Made by a program: the position numbers and the translations under genes | Source: a virus | IMG/VR virus record: IMGVR_UViG_3300025874_000005 | Location: 64,001-128,000 of that record | Direction: 5' to 3' (one strand) | DNA length: 64,000 nucleotides | The notes under the pieces: generated by a model | Told to the model about the DNA's origin: nothing | Database searches by the model: none | What the model saw: only the letters and a program-made list of their open reading frames with translations | Shown: positions 39,087-48,215 of the stretch, one piece after another | Position numbering within the stretch: position 1 is the stretch's first letter | Layout of the letters: each line of letters begins with the position of its first letter

Positions 39087-41231
39087 ATGAACGAGCGTAA
39101 ACTGTCAAAAGCAGAACTCAAAAAGAGGGAAGATATTATCATGAATATGAAAGGTAACAAACGTGACCTTGTTAAAAAATATGGTAAAGATGCTGAGGCA
39201 GTTATGTATGGACGTGCAACTAATATGGCTAAAAAACAAACAAAAGAAATGAGAGATCCTAATTTAACAGAGTTGATTAAAGATGCATTAAAAAACCCAT
39301 CAAAAGCAGATTTAAATAAGGATGGAAAGCTATCAGATTATGAAAAAACTAGGGGGGCTGCTATTGAAAAAAACATAAAAGAATTAGACTCATCAATTCC
39401 GTTGGGAAAAGATTTTACTTATGATTATGAAGATATAGGTCAATTTTATTTAGAAGGTTTTGGTAGACCACACTCATTAAATAATAGTGAATTAGAAGCA
39501 TTAGGTAAGCAAATTGTTGGTAGACTATATGGTGGTAACATTAGTAAAGCCTATGATGATTTAAAAAATAAAGGTAAAATGAATGAAGTAGAATTACCTA
39601 CATCAATTATCCAGAAATTTGCTAATGAAATTAAGGACCCCCAAGGATTTGCAAAAGCAATGCTTGGGATTTTTAATTCTATACAAGATAAAGAACAAAA
39701 AGATTATTCTAAAAATCAAAAATTTGGAAGAGTACTTAGTTATTTAAAAGATATAGCCGATAGTGAAGCTGAAGAAATAAATGAAGCACCAGGAACAACA
39801 TTAGATTTATCTCAAGATGATATGGATAAACTTCATCAAAGTGGTAAATTAGAACTTGATGGTCATAAACTTTTATATAAAGTAAAAGAAGATATTGATT
39901 TAGGTCATGAAGATAATGAACCTGGAATGCTTAAAGCAGAGCTTTACCATATTGGTAGTTATGCTATGGAATTATATAAAATGATGGATGATTTAGAAGG
40001 TATGGGAGAAATTGATTTCCCTGCTTGGTGGCAATCAAAAATCACAACAGCTAAAAATAATATATCAGGAGCTAAACATTATCTTGAATTTGAACTTAAA
40101 GAACCTAAAATTGATGCCGTAGTTGATGTAGCTACAGACGTAGTAGATGAAGAAATAGGCCAACTAGGCACAGATGGTGATACAGGATTTCAAGCGTCAT
40201 TATACACACCAAACGAATTAGGTGATGCATCAGTAGGAAGAGAATATGCATCAGGAGCATTTGAGGAAAGTAAAAAACCAATAGAAGAAGCAATGAATAT
40301 GAATAAATGGCGCCGCGCCTACAACGGAAAAGCATTTGCTAAAAAAACAGTATATTTAACAGATTATAATAATAATAAAAAGAGATATACTATTTATTTT
40401 AAATATAAGGAAACACCATCTAAAGATGTTGTATCACTTAAAGAATCTCATTATGGTAATCATGAAGGTAGTGGAATGGCATTTGCAATGTCTAATTTAC
40501 AAAACAAACCAGTATATCAATTTACATCTGATGATAAATTTGAGTGGGACAATGAAGAAGAATTTGATGCTTGGGTAGCAGAAGGACCTAAAGGTTTAGA
40601 AAGTTTACTAAGCTTTTTCTTAGGTGGTAGAAATGTTGATGATGCTATTAAATCTTGGTTTGACACAGGTGTTACTGATAAAAGTAAATTAAAAATAGGA
40701 CCTGCAGAATATTATCCAGATGCAGCCGTAAATGAATCTACTTCTAAACATAGTTCAATAGCAGAAAAATTAGCTAAAGAGTTAAAAGAAGGTTTACCTA
40801 AAGGATTTTGGGATAAAAAAATCGATGCTAAAGATGAAGACCAAGATGGTAAAATAGATGAAGACTTAAAAGGTCTAATGGCACAGGGAGAAAAAATAGC
40901 TGCATTTGCTAATAAGCAAAGTGGGTATGAAGGGGGTGTATCTTCACCTGTAAGAGGTGTTTTAGCAGCTATGGCAGCAGCGGGTGCACCTGATTTTGAT
41001 GGTGATGATGAAATGGTAAGTTATTATACTAGAAAATTAACTAAAGCTATTGAAACTCAAAAAGGTAAAAAATATATGAGTGGTTTTTCTATTGATGAAT
41101 CATACGATACTTTAGTTAATAAAATTAAAAAACAAGGTAAATCTAGTAAGGCAGCTAAAGCAATTGCAGGTGCAGTAGCATCATATAAAGCAAAAGGCGG
41201 AGGTAAAGGCCCAACAGCAAAACAAAAATAA
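39087..41231 (+). CDS. modular putative head-internal protein
   Basis: Many [ILMV]-x-E junctions; EF-hand-like DLNKDGKLSDYE; FPAWWQSKI module; basic C-terminus. Confidence 0.65.
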   Translation: MNERKLSKAELKKREDIIMNMKGNKRDLVKKYGKDAEAVMYGRATNMAKKQTKEMRDPNLTELIKDALKNPSKADLNKDGKLSDYEKTRGAAIEKNIKELDSSIPLGKDFTYDYEDIGQFYLEGFGRPHSLNNSELEALGKQIVGRLYGGNISKAYDDLKNKGKMNEVELPTSIIQKFANEIKDPQGFAKAMLGIFNSIQDKEQKDYSKNQKFGRVLSYLKDIADSEAEEINEAPGTTLDLSQDDMDKLHQSGKLELDGHKLLYKVKEDIDLGHEDNEPGMLKAELYHIGSYAMELYKMMDDLEGMGEIDFPAWWQSKITTAKNNISGAKHYLEFELKEPKIDAVVDVATDVVDEEIGQLGTDGDTGFQASLYTPNELGDASVGREYASGAFEESKKPIEEAMNMNKWRRAYNGKAFAKKTVYLTDYNNNKKRYTIYFKYKETPSKDVVSLKESHYGNHEGSGMAFAMSNLQNKPVYQFTSDDKFEWDNEEEFDAWVAEGPKGLESLLSFFLGGRNVDDAIKSWFDTGVTDKSKLKIGPAEYYPDAAVNESTSKHSSIAEKLAKELKEGLPKGFWDKKIDAKDEDQDGKIDEDLKGLMAQGEKIAAFANKQSGYEGGVSSPVRGVLAAMAAAGAPDFDGDDEMVSYYTRKLTKAIETQKGKKYMSGFSIDESYDTLVNKIKKQGKSSKAAKAIAGAVASYKAKGGGKGPTAKQK

Positions 41232-41232
41232 C

Positions 41233-41673
41233 ATGACATCAGCAGAATTAAGGGAAAAGATAAGATTACTTGTCCCAACTGTTGTTGGTAACAAGAAACA
41301 AGCAGAAGCAGCTGCTGTGGAATATGATGAATTAACAAAATTCCCAGAGTTAAAAGCTATTATTGTTGACTTGTTAACTCATGAATTTGATTCTTTTTTA
41401 TCATCAATTGATTGGGTTGCCCCAAAACCATCAACTTTTAGAATAAATTTAAAAAATGATCAAGCTTTTTATTTAACATACTCAAGAACAAGTTGGGTAG
41501 CTCAAGTAGAAGGTAAAAGATATTACTTATTAAATCTACCAGAAGAAGAAAGAGCAACAGAAGCTATTGCACGTATTTTAAGATATGGTGTAAAGGCTGA
41601 CACTGATGCTGTTGAAGGTGGTGGAGAAGATGTAGATGTGGAGGTAGATGATAACGTTGATATAGACATATAA
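41233..41673 (+). CDS. hypothetical protein
   Basis: Track ORF; TAATG-coupled to the next gene. Confidence 0.65.
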   Translation: MTSAELREKIRLLVPTVVGNKKQAEAAAVEYDELTKFPELKAIIVDLLTHEFDSFLSSIDWVAPKPSTFRINLKNDQAFYLTYSRTSWVAQVEGKRYYLLNLPEEERATEAIARILRYGVKADTDAVEGGGEDVDVEVDDNVDIDI

Positions 41674-42710
41674 TGGATAATATAACAAAATATTTACATA
41701 AAATAGCATATAAATTTCCTAAAGGATATCCTGATATGGGTGATCCTAAAGATAAAGATATGTTATTTGAATTAATAAAAACTGTAATAGAAGCAGAAGA
41801 AGAAGTAGAAATTGATGTCAAAACATCACAACCTTCTGGGGGGTCTGAAACATATAATGATACTATTAGATATGCTATATATGGTAAAGATTACAAAGAT
41901 AAACCAATTCCAAAACCTAAGAGTAAATACCCTTATAAAAATTCTACATTTAGTATAGCAGTTAGCTCTGAAGATAAAGAATTATTTACCAAACTATACC
42001 CTGTTAAACCCCCAAAAGTAGGAAAAGAAATAGGTAGTGCTGGTTCTTTAGGTGTGGGGAATGGAGAAATTGCATTATATTGGTTATATCATTTTTCAAA
42101 TAGTGCTAAAGTAACAGAAGGTAGAGAAAAAGATGACCCGGATTTATACTTTAACAATCAGGGAGTAGAGGTTAAATCTTGGAGTACTGATAAAGGTTTA
42201 CACGGTTTAGGAAGATTTGGAGCTGATAAAGAAAATTTATCATTACTTTCACTTATATTTGGGTTTAGTGCTCTAGTAAGTGTTTTTGATGGTGAAGGTG
42301 AATTGCCAAAAACAGTAAATCCAACTAATTTTAGAGGATTTCAACTTACGGCTGCTATGGAAAAAGTAAAAGAGTTTAAAAGCCTTTTAAATAAAAATAG
42401 TGATTTAGTAGATGAATATCCTTTATTTAAAAATATTAAATCTAATGTAGATAGAGTATACAATACATTAAATTTAGAAGATTCAGATAGCCCTCAGGAT
42501 ATGGGGAGAAAGATGGCAATACAACTTTTAAAACCAAAATTAGATAGAAAACCAGGAGATGGTAACCATTTAGCAAATGTAAAAGACAATGGGGATATTA
42601 AATTCTTTCAAATTAATTTTGATGAATTAAAAAATAGTGATGAATTAATGAAAGACTTTGAAGTAAAACAGAGTGCAATTAGAATTAATTTTGATAAAAT
42701 TTGGGGTTAA
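41673..42710 (+). CDS. putative PD-(D/E)XK restriction-endonuclease-fold nuclease
   Basis: GVGNGE...DPDL....GVEVKS motif after an N-terminal YKFPKGYPD leader. Confidence 0.55.
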   Translation: MDNITKYLHKIAYKFPKGYPDMGDPKDKDMLFELIKTVIEAEEEVEIDVKTSQPSGGSETYNDTIRYAIYGKDYKDKPIPKPKSKYPYKNSTFSIAVSSEDKELFTKLYPVKPPKVGKEIGSAGSLGVGNGEIALYWLYHFSNSAKVTEGREKDDPDLYFNNQGVEVKSWSTDKGLHGLGRFGADKENLSLLSLIFGFSALVSVFDGEGELPKTVNPTNFRGFQLTAAMEKVKEFKSLLNKNSDLVDEYPLFKNIKSNVDRVYNTLNLEDSDSPQDMGRKMAIQLLKPKLDRKPGDGNHLANVKDNGDIKFFQINFDELKNSDELMKDFEVKQSAIRINFDKIWG

Positions 42711-42728
42711 AAAATAAAATAAAACAAT

Positions 42729-44081
42729 ATGTGTAACTGCGGATGTAATACTTGTGATACTAATAAATCAACGTTAATGTTAAATGAAAATTTAGCACCG
42801 CGTGCTATATTGTCTGAGGGTTTAAAACACCATATAGACAACGATAAACCGCTTACTGAACATTTATACCGTGCGGGTTCACGTGCTTATTTTGATTTAT
42901 TTGCAGAAGCAAGATCTTTATATAGTAGAGGCATTTTAAAATTTACTAATGAAGATGATTTAGCTTTACTTACAGAAACTAATTTAGGTCATTTTGGTAT
43001 GTTTGAAGGTAAAAAAGTGCCTTTAGATTTTCCTATTGAATTAAATGAGCAAATGGACATATATGATGACATTGCAAATATGGAATTTGGAATGGATTAT
43101 GACCAATTAGGTGATAATGAAAAAGAATGGGTTCGTGATGAAATTGATAATATGGAAATGAATGAAGTTACCAGTTATAGTGGTTTTAATAGAAACCCAG
43201 AGGACCCAGATTCCGAACCATTTCAACCAACAGGGTCAGTATCTGAATTTAGAGAAGATTTAAGAGCATTATTTGGTAAATTTAAGGGTGATTTAAAAAA
43301 TCCTGAGTTTATAAAAGGAGTAGCTCAAATAATGGTTAATTGGAAATCACTTTTAAGAAGTCAATTAAATGAATCAGATTCTAAATATCCAAATTTTGAT
43401 TTAAATAAAAATATAAAATACAAAGATACATCTATTTCAAGTGGGATGTGGAGATACACAGGTCAAGAACAAGGTGGAGCAGGTGTTTATAGAAATTTAA
43501 ATAATGGTCAAATATTAGCTTTTGATAGAAGTGATTTTGATATATTTAAAAATAATCTTAGCAGTCATTTTGATATAAATGAAGGAACATTTAATTCTCC
43601 TAACCATATTGCAATTTTTGATGGTCCTGATGGCATGGTAGATGTTTATAAGACACCAGAGGGTTATTATTTCCAAACTGATAATTATGATGGAGAAGCT
43701 TCTAATGCTAAAGAAGCAGCTAAATGGTTAAAAGATAATGGTTTTGTTAGATTACAAGCTGGTAGTTTAGATGAAGCTAAAAAGAAAAAAGCTAAGAAAA
43801 AAGATAATAGACCAATAGGAAAACCAATGCGTTCATCTTCAGGTGGAAAAGCTTACAAAGTATACGTTAAGGATCCTAAAACTAAAAAGATTAAAACCGT
43901 TAGATTTGGATCTGGTGGTTTAAGAGCAAAAATAAATGACTCTAAGGCCCGCGCAGCATTTGCAAAAAGACACAAATGTTCAACTAAAAAAGACAGAACT
44001 AAAGCAGGTTATTGGAGTTGTAGATTACCTAGATATGCAAAATTACTCGGACTCAAATCAAGCTTTTCTGGATTCTGGTAA
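42729..44081 (+). CDS. modular putative head-internal protein
   Basis: MCNCGCNTC N-terminus; LNE/MNE/INE/LDE junctions; Glu-free basic C-terminal domain (KVYVKD...VRFG...RHKC...YWSC). Confidence 0.65.
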   Translation: MCNCGCNTCDTNKSTLMLNENLAPRAILSEGLKHHIDNDKPLTEHLYRAGSRAYFDLFAEARSLYSRGILKFTNEDDLALLTETNLGHFGMFEGKKVPLDFPIELNEQMDIYDDIANMEFGMDYDQLGDNEKEWVRDEIDNMEMNEVTSYSGFNRNPEDPDSEPFQPTGSVSEFREDLRALFGKFKGDLKNPEFIKGVAQIMVNWKSLLRSQLNESDSKYPNFDLNKNIKYKDTSISSGMWRYTGQEQGGAGVYRNLNNGQILAFDRSDFDIFKNNLSSHFDINEGTFNSPNHIAIFDGPDGMVDVYKTPEGYYFQTDNYDGEASNAKEAAKWLKDNGFVRLQAGSLDEAKKKKAKKKDNRPIGKPMRSSSGGKAYKVYVKDPKTKKIKTVRFGSGGLRAKINDSKARAAFAKRHKCSTKKDRTKAGYWSCRLPRYAKLLGLKSSFSGFW

Positions 44082-44346
44082 ACCATATATTGACTTAGAA
44101 GTTACAGATAATTATATTCTAAGACAATTTAATGAATCAATTGATCCTATAGAATTACTTTGGCATCGTGATGATGAAGACAGAGTAGTTGAAATTATAG
44201 GAGAAACTGATTGGAGTTTACAACTTGATAATTCCCTTCCATCTTCCCTTCAGGAACGTATATTTATACCTCGACATCAGTGGCATAGAGTAATCAAAGG
44301 CACTGGAAGTTTAAAACTTAAAATATATAAAAATGAACAAATGTGA
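44035..44346 (+). CDS. cupin-like protein
   Basis: WHRDDEDR...FIPRHQWHRVIKG cupin motifs. Start uncertain; ATG at 44035 is in frame with track ORF 43936. Confidence 0.6.
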   Translation: MQNYSDSNQAFLDSGKPYIDLEVTDNYILRQFNESIDPIELLWHRDDEDRVVEIIGETDWSLQLDNSLPSSLQERIFIPRHQWHRVIKGTGSLKLKIYKNEQM

Positions 44347-44401
44347 TTGTCAAATATGTAAGTGCGGTACTTCATGTAGTTGTACTTGTTGTAATTGTTA
44401 A
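44333..44401 (+). CDS. metallothionein-like microprotein (22 aa, 9 Cys)
   Basis: MNKCDCQICKCGTSCSCTCCNC*; fills the gap between two genes; A-rich start context. Confidence 0.6.
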   Translation: MNKCDCQICKCGTSCSCTCCNC

Positions 44402-44406
44402 ATAAA

Positions 44407-44682
44407 ATGGAAAATTTCGATTATAAAAAATATTTAGCTGAAGGTCGCTTATACGAAAACGTATTAGCTCAAAAACTTAGAGACGAAGCAAAACACCCAG
44501 ACTCAAAAGTGGGTGCTGCTATATTTAACAAGTATGCTGAAAAAGTAGAAAAAGCTAAAAAAGAAGATTATGTAAAACTTATAAAAGCTATGGAAAGCGA
44601 ATTAATATCTAAACACCCTGATACATTCAGTGGTGAAGATGACATTCCAGGAAGCTTTTTACGTGAGGACAAAATAAATTAA
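44407..44682 (+). CDS. hypothetical protein with shared leader
   Basis: MENFDYKKYLAEGRL (start probably 44407 rather than 44395). Confidence 0.65.
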   Translation: MENFDYKKYLAEGRLYENVLAQKLRDEAKHPDSKVGAAIFNKYAEKVEKAKKEDYVKLIKAMESELISKHPDTFSGEDDIPGSFLREDKIN

Positions 44683-44687
44683 AATAA

Positions 44688-45170
44688 ATGAATAACTTCG
44701 ATTTAACAAAATATTTAGCTGAAGGTAAGCTACTAAATGAATTCGTAGGTAAAGCCTTAGAAGATAGAAATCAACCTCTTTATGATAAATTAGTAGCAGG
44801 ATCTGGCAAATCAGATACTATGGAAGGTGAAATGTTAAGAGCTATTAATAGAATTGTTTATCGTTATTATAATGATGGAGATGAATACCATACAGGATAT
44901 GGTACTGAAACAGCAGGACCAGCTCATTCATTTTTGGTTAATGCTAACACAGGTGTAAGATCAGCAATGAATATGATATTTAGAAATGGAACTAATTATG
45001 AAGAAACTATTGAGGATGCTTTAGAGCATATTTTATCTCATATTGAAGCTAAACAAGGTAAATACACCCCTAATACAGTAGGTGATATGTTTGATTATGA
45101 AGCTGAATTTGAAGACGATACATATGAAGAAGAAGATTATGATGATTATGATGATGATTATGATTATTAA
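44688..45170 (+). CDS. hypothetical protein with shared leader
   Basis: MNNFDLTKYLAEGKLLNE; GEMLRAINRIVYRYYNDG; acidic tail. Confidence 0.65.
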   Translation: MNNFDLTKYLAEGKLLNEFVGKALEDRNQPLYDKLVAGSGKSDTMEGEMLRAINRIVYRYYNDGDEYHTGYGTETAGPAHSFLVNANTGVRSAMNMIFRNGTNYEETIEDALEHILSHIEAKQGKYTPNTVGDMFDYEAEFEDDTYEEEDYDDYDDDYDY

Positions 45171-45206
45171 TTAAAATAATATATTTATAATAAAAAATAA
45201 TAAAAC

Positions 45207-45929
45207 ATGAAATATCACATATTTAGTGGATTGTACGTAGATGGAGCAGACTTTCAAACTGGCACGGGGATAGGCCTTTGGTGTAATTTTAATGATAATT
45301 CAGGACTATACACAGTAGACCAAGAACAAAATTTTGTAATAGACACACCAAATTTTCTAAATAATTCTTCTATAGGAGGTAGCCTTAATATAGATAATGA
45401 AATGTGTGGATCAGCACCTATACAAGCAGGTACTAATTCCCAATTCCAAGGCCCCGCAGATGGTCTCCCAACTACTTTTCCTGTAGGAAAAAGTAGATTT
45501 GCAATAGGAGCAGTTGACCTTGATGAATATGTAAGCCAGGGGGGCACTTTATCTCCATCTGATTGGTCAAATAATTTTGCTCAAATAGGATTTAGAGGAA
45601 ATGCCAACCCATTAACAGTTTCAAAACTTCCAGGACAAGTTATTCCAAGTACAGATCATTATAATGTAATAGTTGCTGGAAACGAACCCTTAGGATTAAA
45701 TACAAACGATGCAGGTGGAAGAGTACATTGGGATGTTGCTACCGGTACTTTAGGTCAATTTGTTAGTAAAATATTAGGTATAAAAATTGGAGAAGTTGGT
45801 GGAGCGGGAAGTATAGGAACTGTAGTTCCTTCAACTTCCGATGAATTAGCTGCTGGTGTTTTATTACTATCAGGGTATGGAATTTTAAAAAATGATGCAC
45901 TAGCATTTGCAACAGAACCCCAACCATAA
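45207..45929 (+). CDS. hypothetical Gly-rich beta protein (late)
   Basis: TATTTATA upstream; terminator downstream. Confidence 0.6.
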   Translation: MKYHIFSGLYVDGADFQTGTGIGLWCNFNDNSGLYTVDQEQNFVIDTPNFLNNSSIGGSLNIDNEMCGSAPIQAGTNSQFQGPADGLPTTFPVGKSRFAIGAVDLDEYVSQGGTLSPSDWSNNFAQIGFRGNANPLTVSKLPGQVIPSTDHYNVIVAGNEPLGLNTNDAGGRVHWDVATGTLGQFVSKILGIKIGEVGGAGSIGTVVPSTSDELAAGVLLLSGYGILKNDALAFATEPQP

Positions 45930-45990
45930 TACAATAAACTTACAGCTCGATTCATAGCCGAGCGATTATATAAAAATAAATTTAGAGATC

Positions 45991-46023
45991 TGTGGCCTCC
46001 ATTTGGAGGTCACATTTTTTTTT
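45991..46023 (+). terminator. rho-independent terminator overlapping the next promoter
   Basis: TGTGGCCTCCA-TT-TGGAGGTCACA + T9. Confidence 0.8.
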
Positions 46024-46056
46024 CGTATATTAATAACAAATAAAATTTAAGTCTAG

Positions 46057-47532
46057 ATGAATAAAAACATAGTAATGGTTGGAGCCGGGGTAGCAAATGT
46101 AAATGCTGCTACTAAGCTAGTAGATGAAGGTTATAATGGTAAAATTACCATTATTGATATGGGTAAAGACCCTTATTTAAGACCCTATGAAGAAGTAATG
46201 ACAGGATTTTTAGGTGCAGGAGGTTGGTCTGATGGTAAATTAACTTACCATACTTCAATTGGAGGACAATTATCTAAATATTGTGGGGAAGAAAAAGCAA
46301 TGGAATTATTTGATCAGGTGATAGATAATTTTAAACGTTTCCACCCCAAACCAGAGGAAGTACAATGTTCAAATCCAATTGCAGAACCAGATTTTATTAA
46401 ACCCTATTTTGGTTTACGTTTATTCCCTGTATGGCACGTTGGTACAGATTACCTACACGAAATTGGAAAAAATTGGTATGATTATCTAGTATCTAAAGGT
46501 GTTAAATTTGAATGGGAAGCTAAGGTAACTTCAATTGATTTTGAAAACCAAACAGGAACTGTAATAGTACTACAATCTGATCTAACACATACATTTGAAT
46601 ATGACCGTCTAATATTTGGTGTAGGTAAATCAGGTATTGACTTTGGTAAACAATTAGCTGAAAAATATGAACTACCAACTGAACCAAAACCAGTACAAAT
46701 TGGTGTCCGATTTGAAGCACCACAAAAACACTTTCAAAAACTTATTGATGTAAGCTATGATTTCAAATTGTATCGTAAATTCGAAGACAAAGGAGTATCA
46801 TTACGTTCATTCTGTACTAACAACAACGCAGCTTATGTTGCCGTTGAGCAAACGTATGGGGATGTTAGCTACAATGGACACGCTAAAAAAGGAGAAGAAC
46901 ATAGAAACAATATGACCAATTTTGGCATATTAATGGAAATTCAAGGTATTGATGAACCTTTTACCTGGTCAAGAGAATTAGTTAAAGCTGTAAATGAAAC
47001 TTGGTTTGATAATAGTAAAGGCCAAGGTAGATTTGCTCGTAAGACTCATACAGGTTTATATTATTCACCTACTCGTGAAGCAGGAATGACAAGTGAAGGT
47101 ATAAAAGTTGATGCTATGCCTATTAAATCATTAGATCAAGTTAAAGATGCATTTCAAGGTTATTATGATTACATAGAAGATTTTATTGAAGATATGAAAA
47201 AAGTATTCCCAACACTTAAAGATGATTGGGGTATTTATGTACCTGAAGTAAAATATTTGTCACCTGAACCATTAGTTAACTATAATGATTTAAGTTTAAC
47301 TACATACCCTAATGTACATTTTGTAGGTGATGCTTTAAGTGCAAGAGGCATTACAGTATCAGGTGCTCAAGGGACATTAGTAGCAGAACAAATTGTAAAT
47401 GACCAAAAAGAAATAAATGATTTTTTAGAATGGGCTGATAAACCTGGACCTTGGTCTGAAGAAGATAATAAAATACATACTATAGGAGGATTAACAATGC
47501 CTAAAAAAAATACTAATAAATTAAATAAATAA
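46057..47532 (+). CDS. FAD-dependent oxidoreductase (uncharacterised COG2509-like family)
   Basis: VGAG Rossmann motif; GAGGWSDGKL; GVRFE; RSFCTN; NGH; TNFGIL; PEVKY; GD...RGI. Confidence 0.85.
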   Translation: MNKNIVMVGAGVANVNAATKLVDEGYNGKITIIDMGKDPYLRPYEEVMTGFLGAGGWSDGKLTYHTSIGGQLSKYCGEEKAMELFDQVIDNFKRFHPKPEEVQCSNPIAEPDFIKPYFGLRLFPVWHVGTDYLHEIGKNWYDYLVSKGVKFEWEAKVTSIDFENQTGTVIVLQSDLTHTFEYDRLIFGVGKSGIDFGKQLAEKYELPTEPKPVQIGVRFEAPQKHFQKLIDVSYDFKLYRKFEDKGVSLRSFCTNNNAAYVAVEQTYGDVSYNGHAKKGEEHRNNMTNFGILMEIQGIDEPFTWSRELVKAVNETWFDNSKGQGRFARKTHTGLYYSPTREAGMTSEGIKVDAMPIKSLDQVKDAFQGYYDYIEDFIEDMKKVFPTLKDDWGIYVPEVKYLSPEPLVNYNDLSLTTYPNVHFVGDALSARGITVSGAQGTLVAEQIVNDQKEINDFLEWADKPGPWSEEDNKIHTIGGLTMPKKNTNKLNK

Positions 47533-47537
47533 AAATT

Positions 47538-47804
47538 ATGAGCAGTAAATTTTATGAAGAAAAAGTAATTAAATATAAAGGAGCTAGACATTATTTAATT
47601 AGATTAGAAGGTGAAGAACATTTTAAACATCACAGATACGATTCACCAGCAATAGTACCTATCAATAAACAATCAGAGTTTAAAAGGGGATACTTTTTAA
47701 GTGGGATTGAATATTCTGAGGAAGAGTTTAAGGATATAATGAAGGAAAGAGAAGGTTTACCTTGGTACAAAACATCAGCTGGGAAGGGAACATCAAGACA
47801 TTAA
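47538..47804 (+). CDS. hypothetical protein
   Basis: HRYDSPA...YFLSGIEY motif; within the operon. Confidence 0.65.
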   Translation: MSSKFYEEKVIKYKGARHYLIRLEGEEHFKHHRYDSPAIVPINKQSEFKRGYFLSGIEYSEEEFKDIMKEREGLPWYKTSAGKGTSRH

Positions 47805-47805
47805 T

Positions 47806-48213
47806 ATGAGAGACCACACATTAGAAGCAATGCCTTATAAAGGAGAAATTCATGAAAAAGCATGGGGTCATGAGTTATGGATAATTAATAATGAATTCTA
47901 TTGCGGTAAGTTATTAGTATTTAAAAAGGATAAATCATTTTCAATGCATTATCATTTATTAAAAGATGAAGCATGGTACATCTCTAAAGGAAAATTTTTG
48001 TACAAATATATTGATACTGAGGATGCTGAGTATAAATCAATTGAAGTAACAGAAGGAGATTGTATACATTTAATGCCAGGACAGCCTCACCAAATGTTGG
48101 CTCTCGAAGAAGGAAGTTGTATATTTGAAGTATCAACACAGCACTTTGATAGTGATAGTTATAGAATAGGAATGGGATCTTCACAGTTAGATCCAAAAAA
48201 CTTACCATTTTAA
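47806..48213 (+). CDS. cupin (mannose-6-phosphate isomerase/sugar isomerase-like)
   Basis: KAWGHELWI, SMHYHLLKDE, PGQPH, FEVST..FDSDSYR. Confidence 0.8.
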   Translation: MRDHTLEAMPYKGEIHEKAWGHELWIINNEFYCGKLLVFKKDKSFSMHYHLLKDEAWYISKGKFLYKYIDTEDAEYKSIEVTEGDCIHLMPGQPHQMLALEEGSCIFEVSTQHFDSDSYRIGMGSSQLDPKNLPF

Positions 48214-48215
48214 TT

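Noticed and set aside
43936-44090. Programmed frameshift joining ORF 42729 to the cupin ORF
   Set aside because: An in-frame ATG at 44035 explains the overlap, and no convincing slippery site with a downstream structure is visible.
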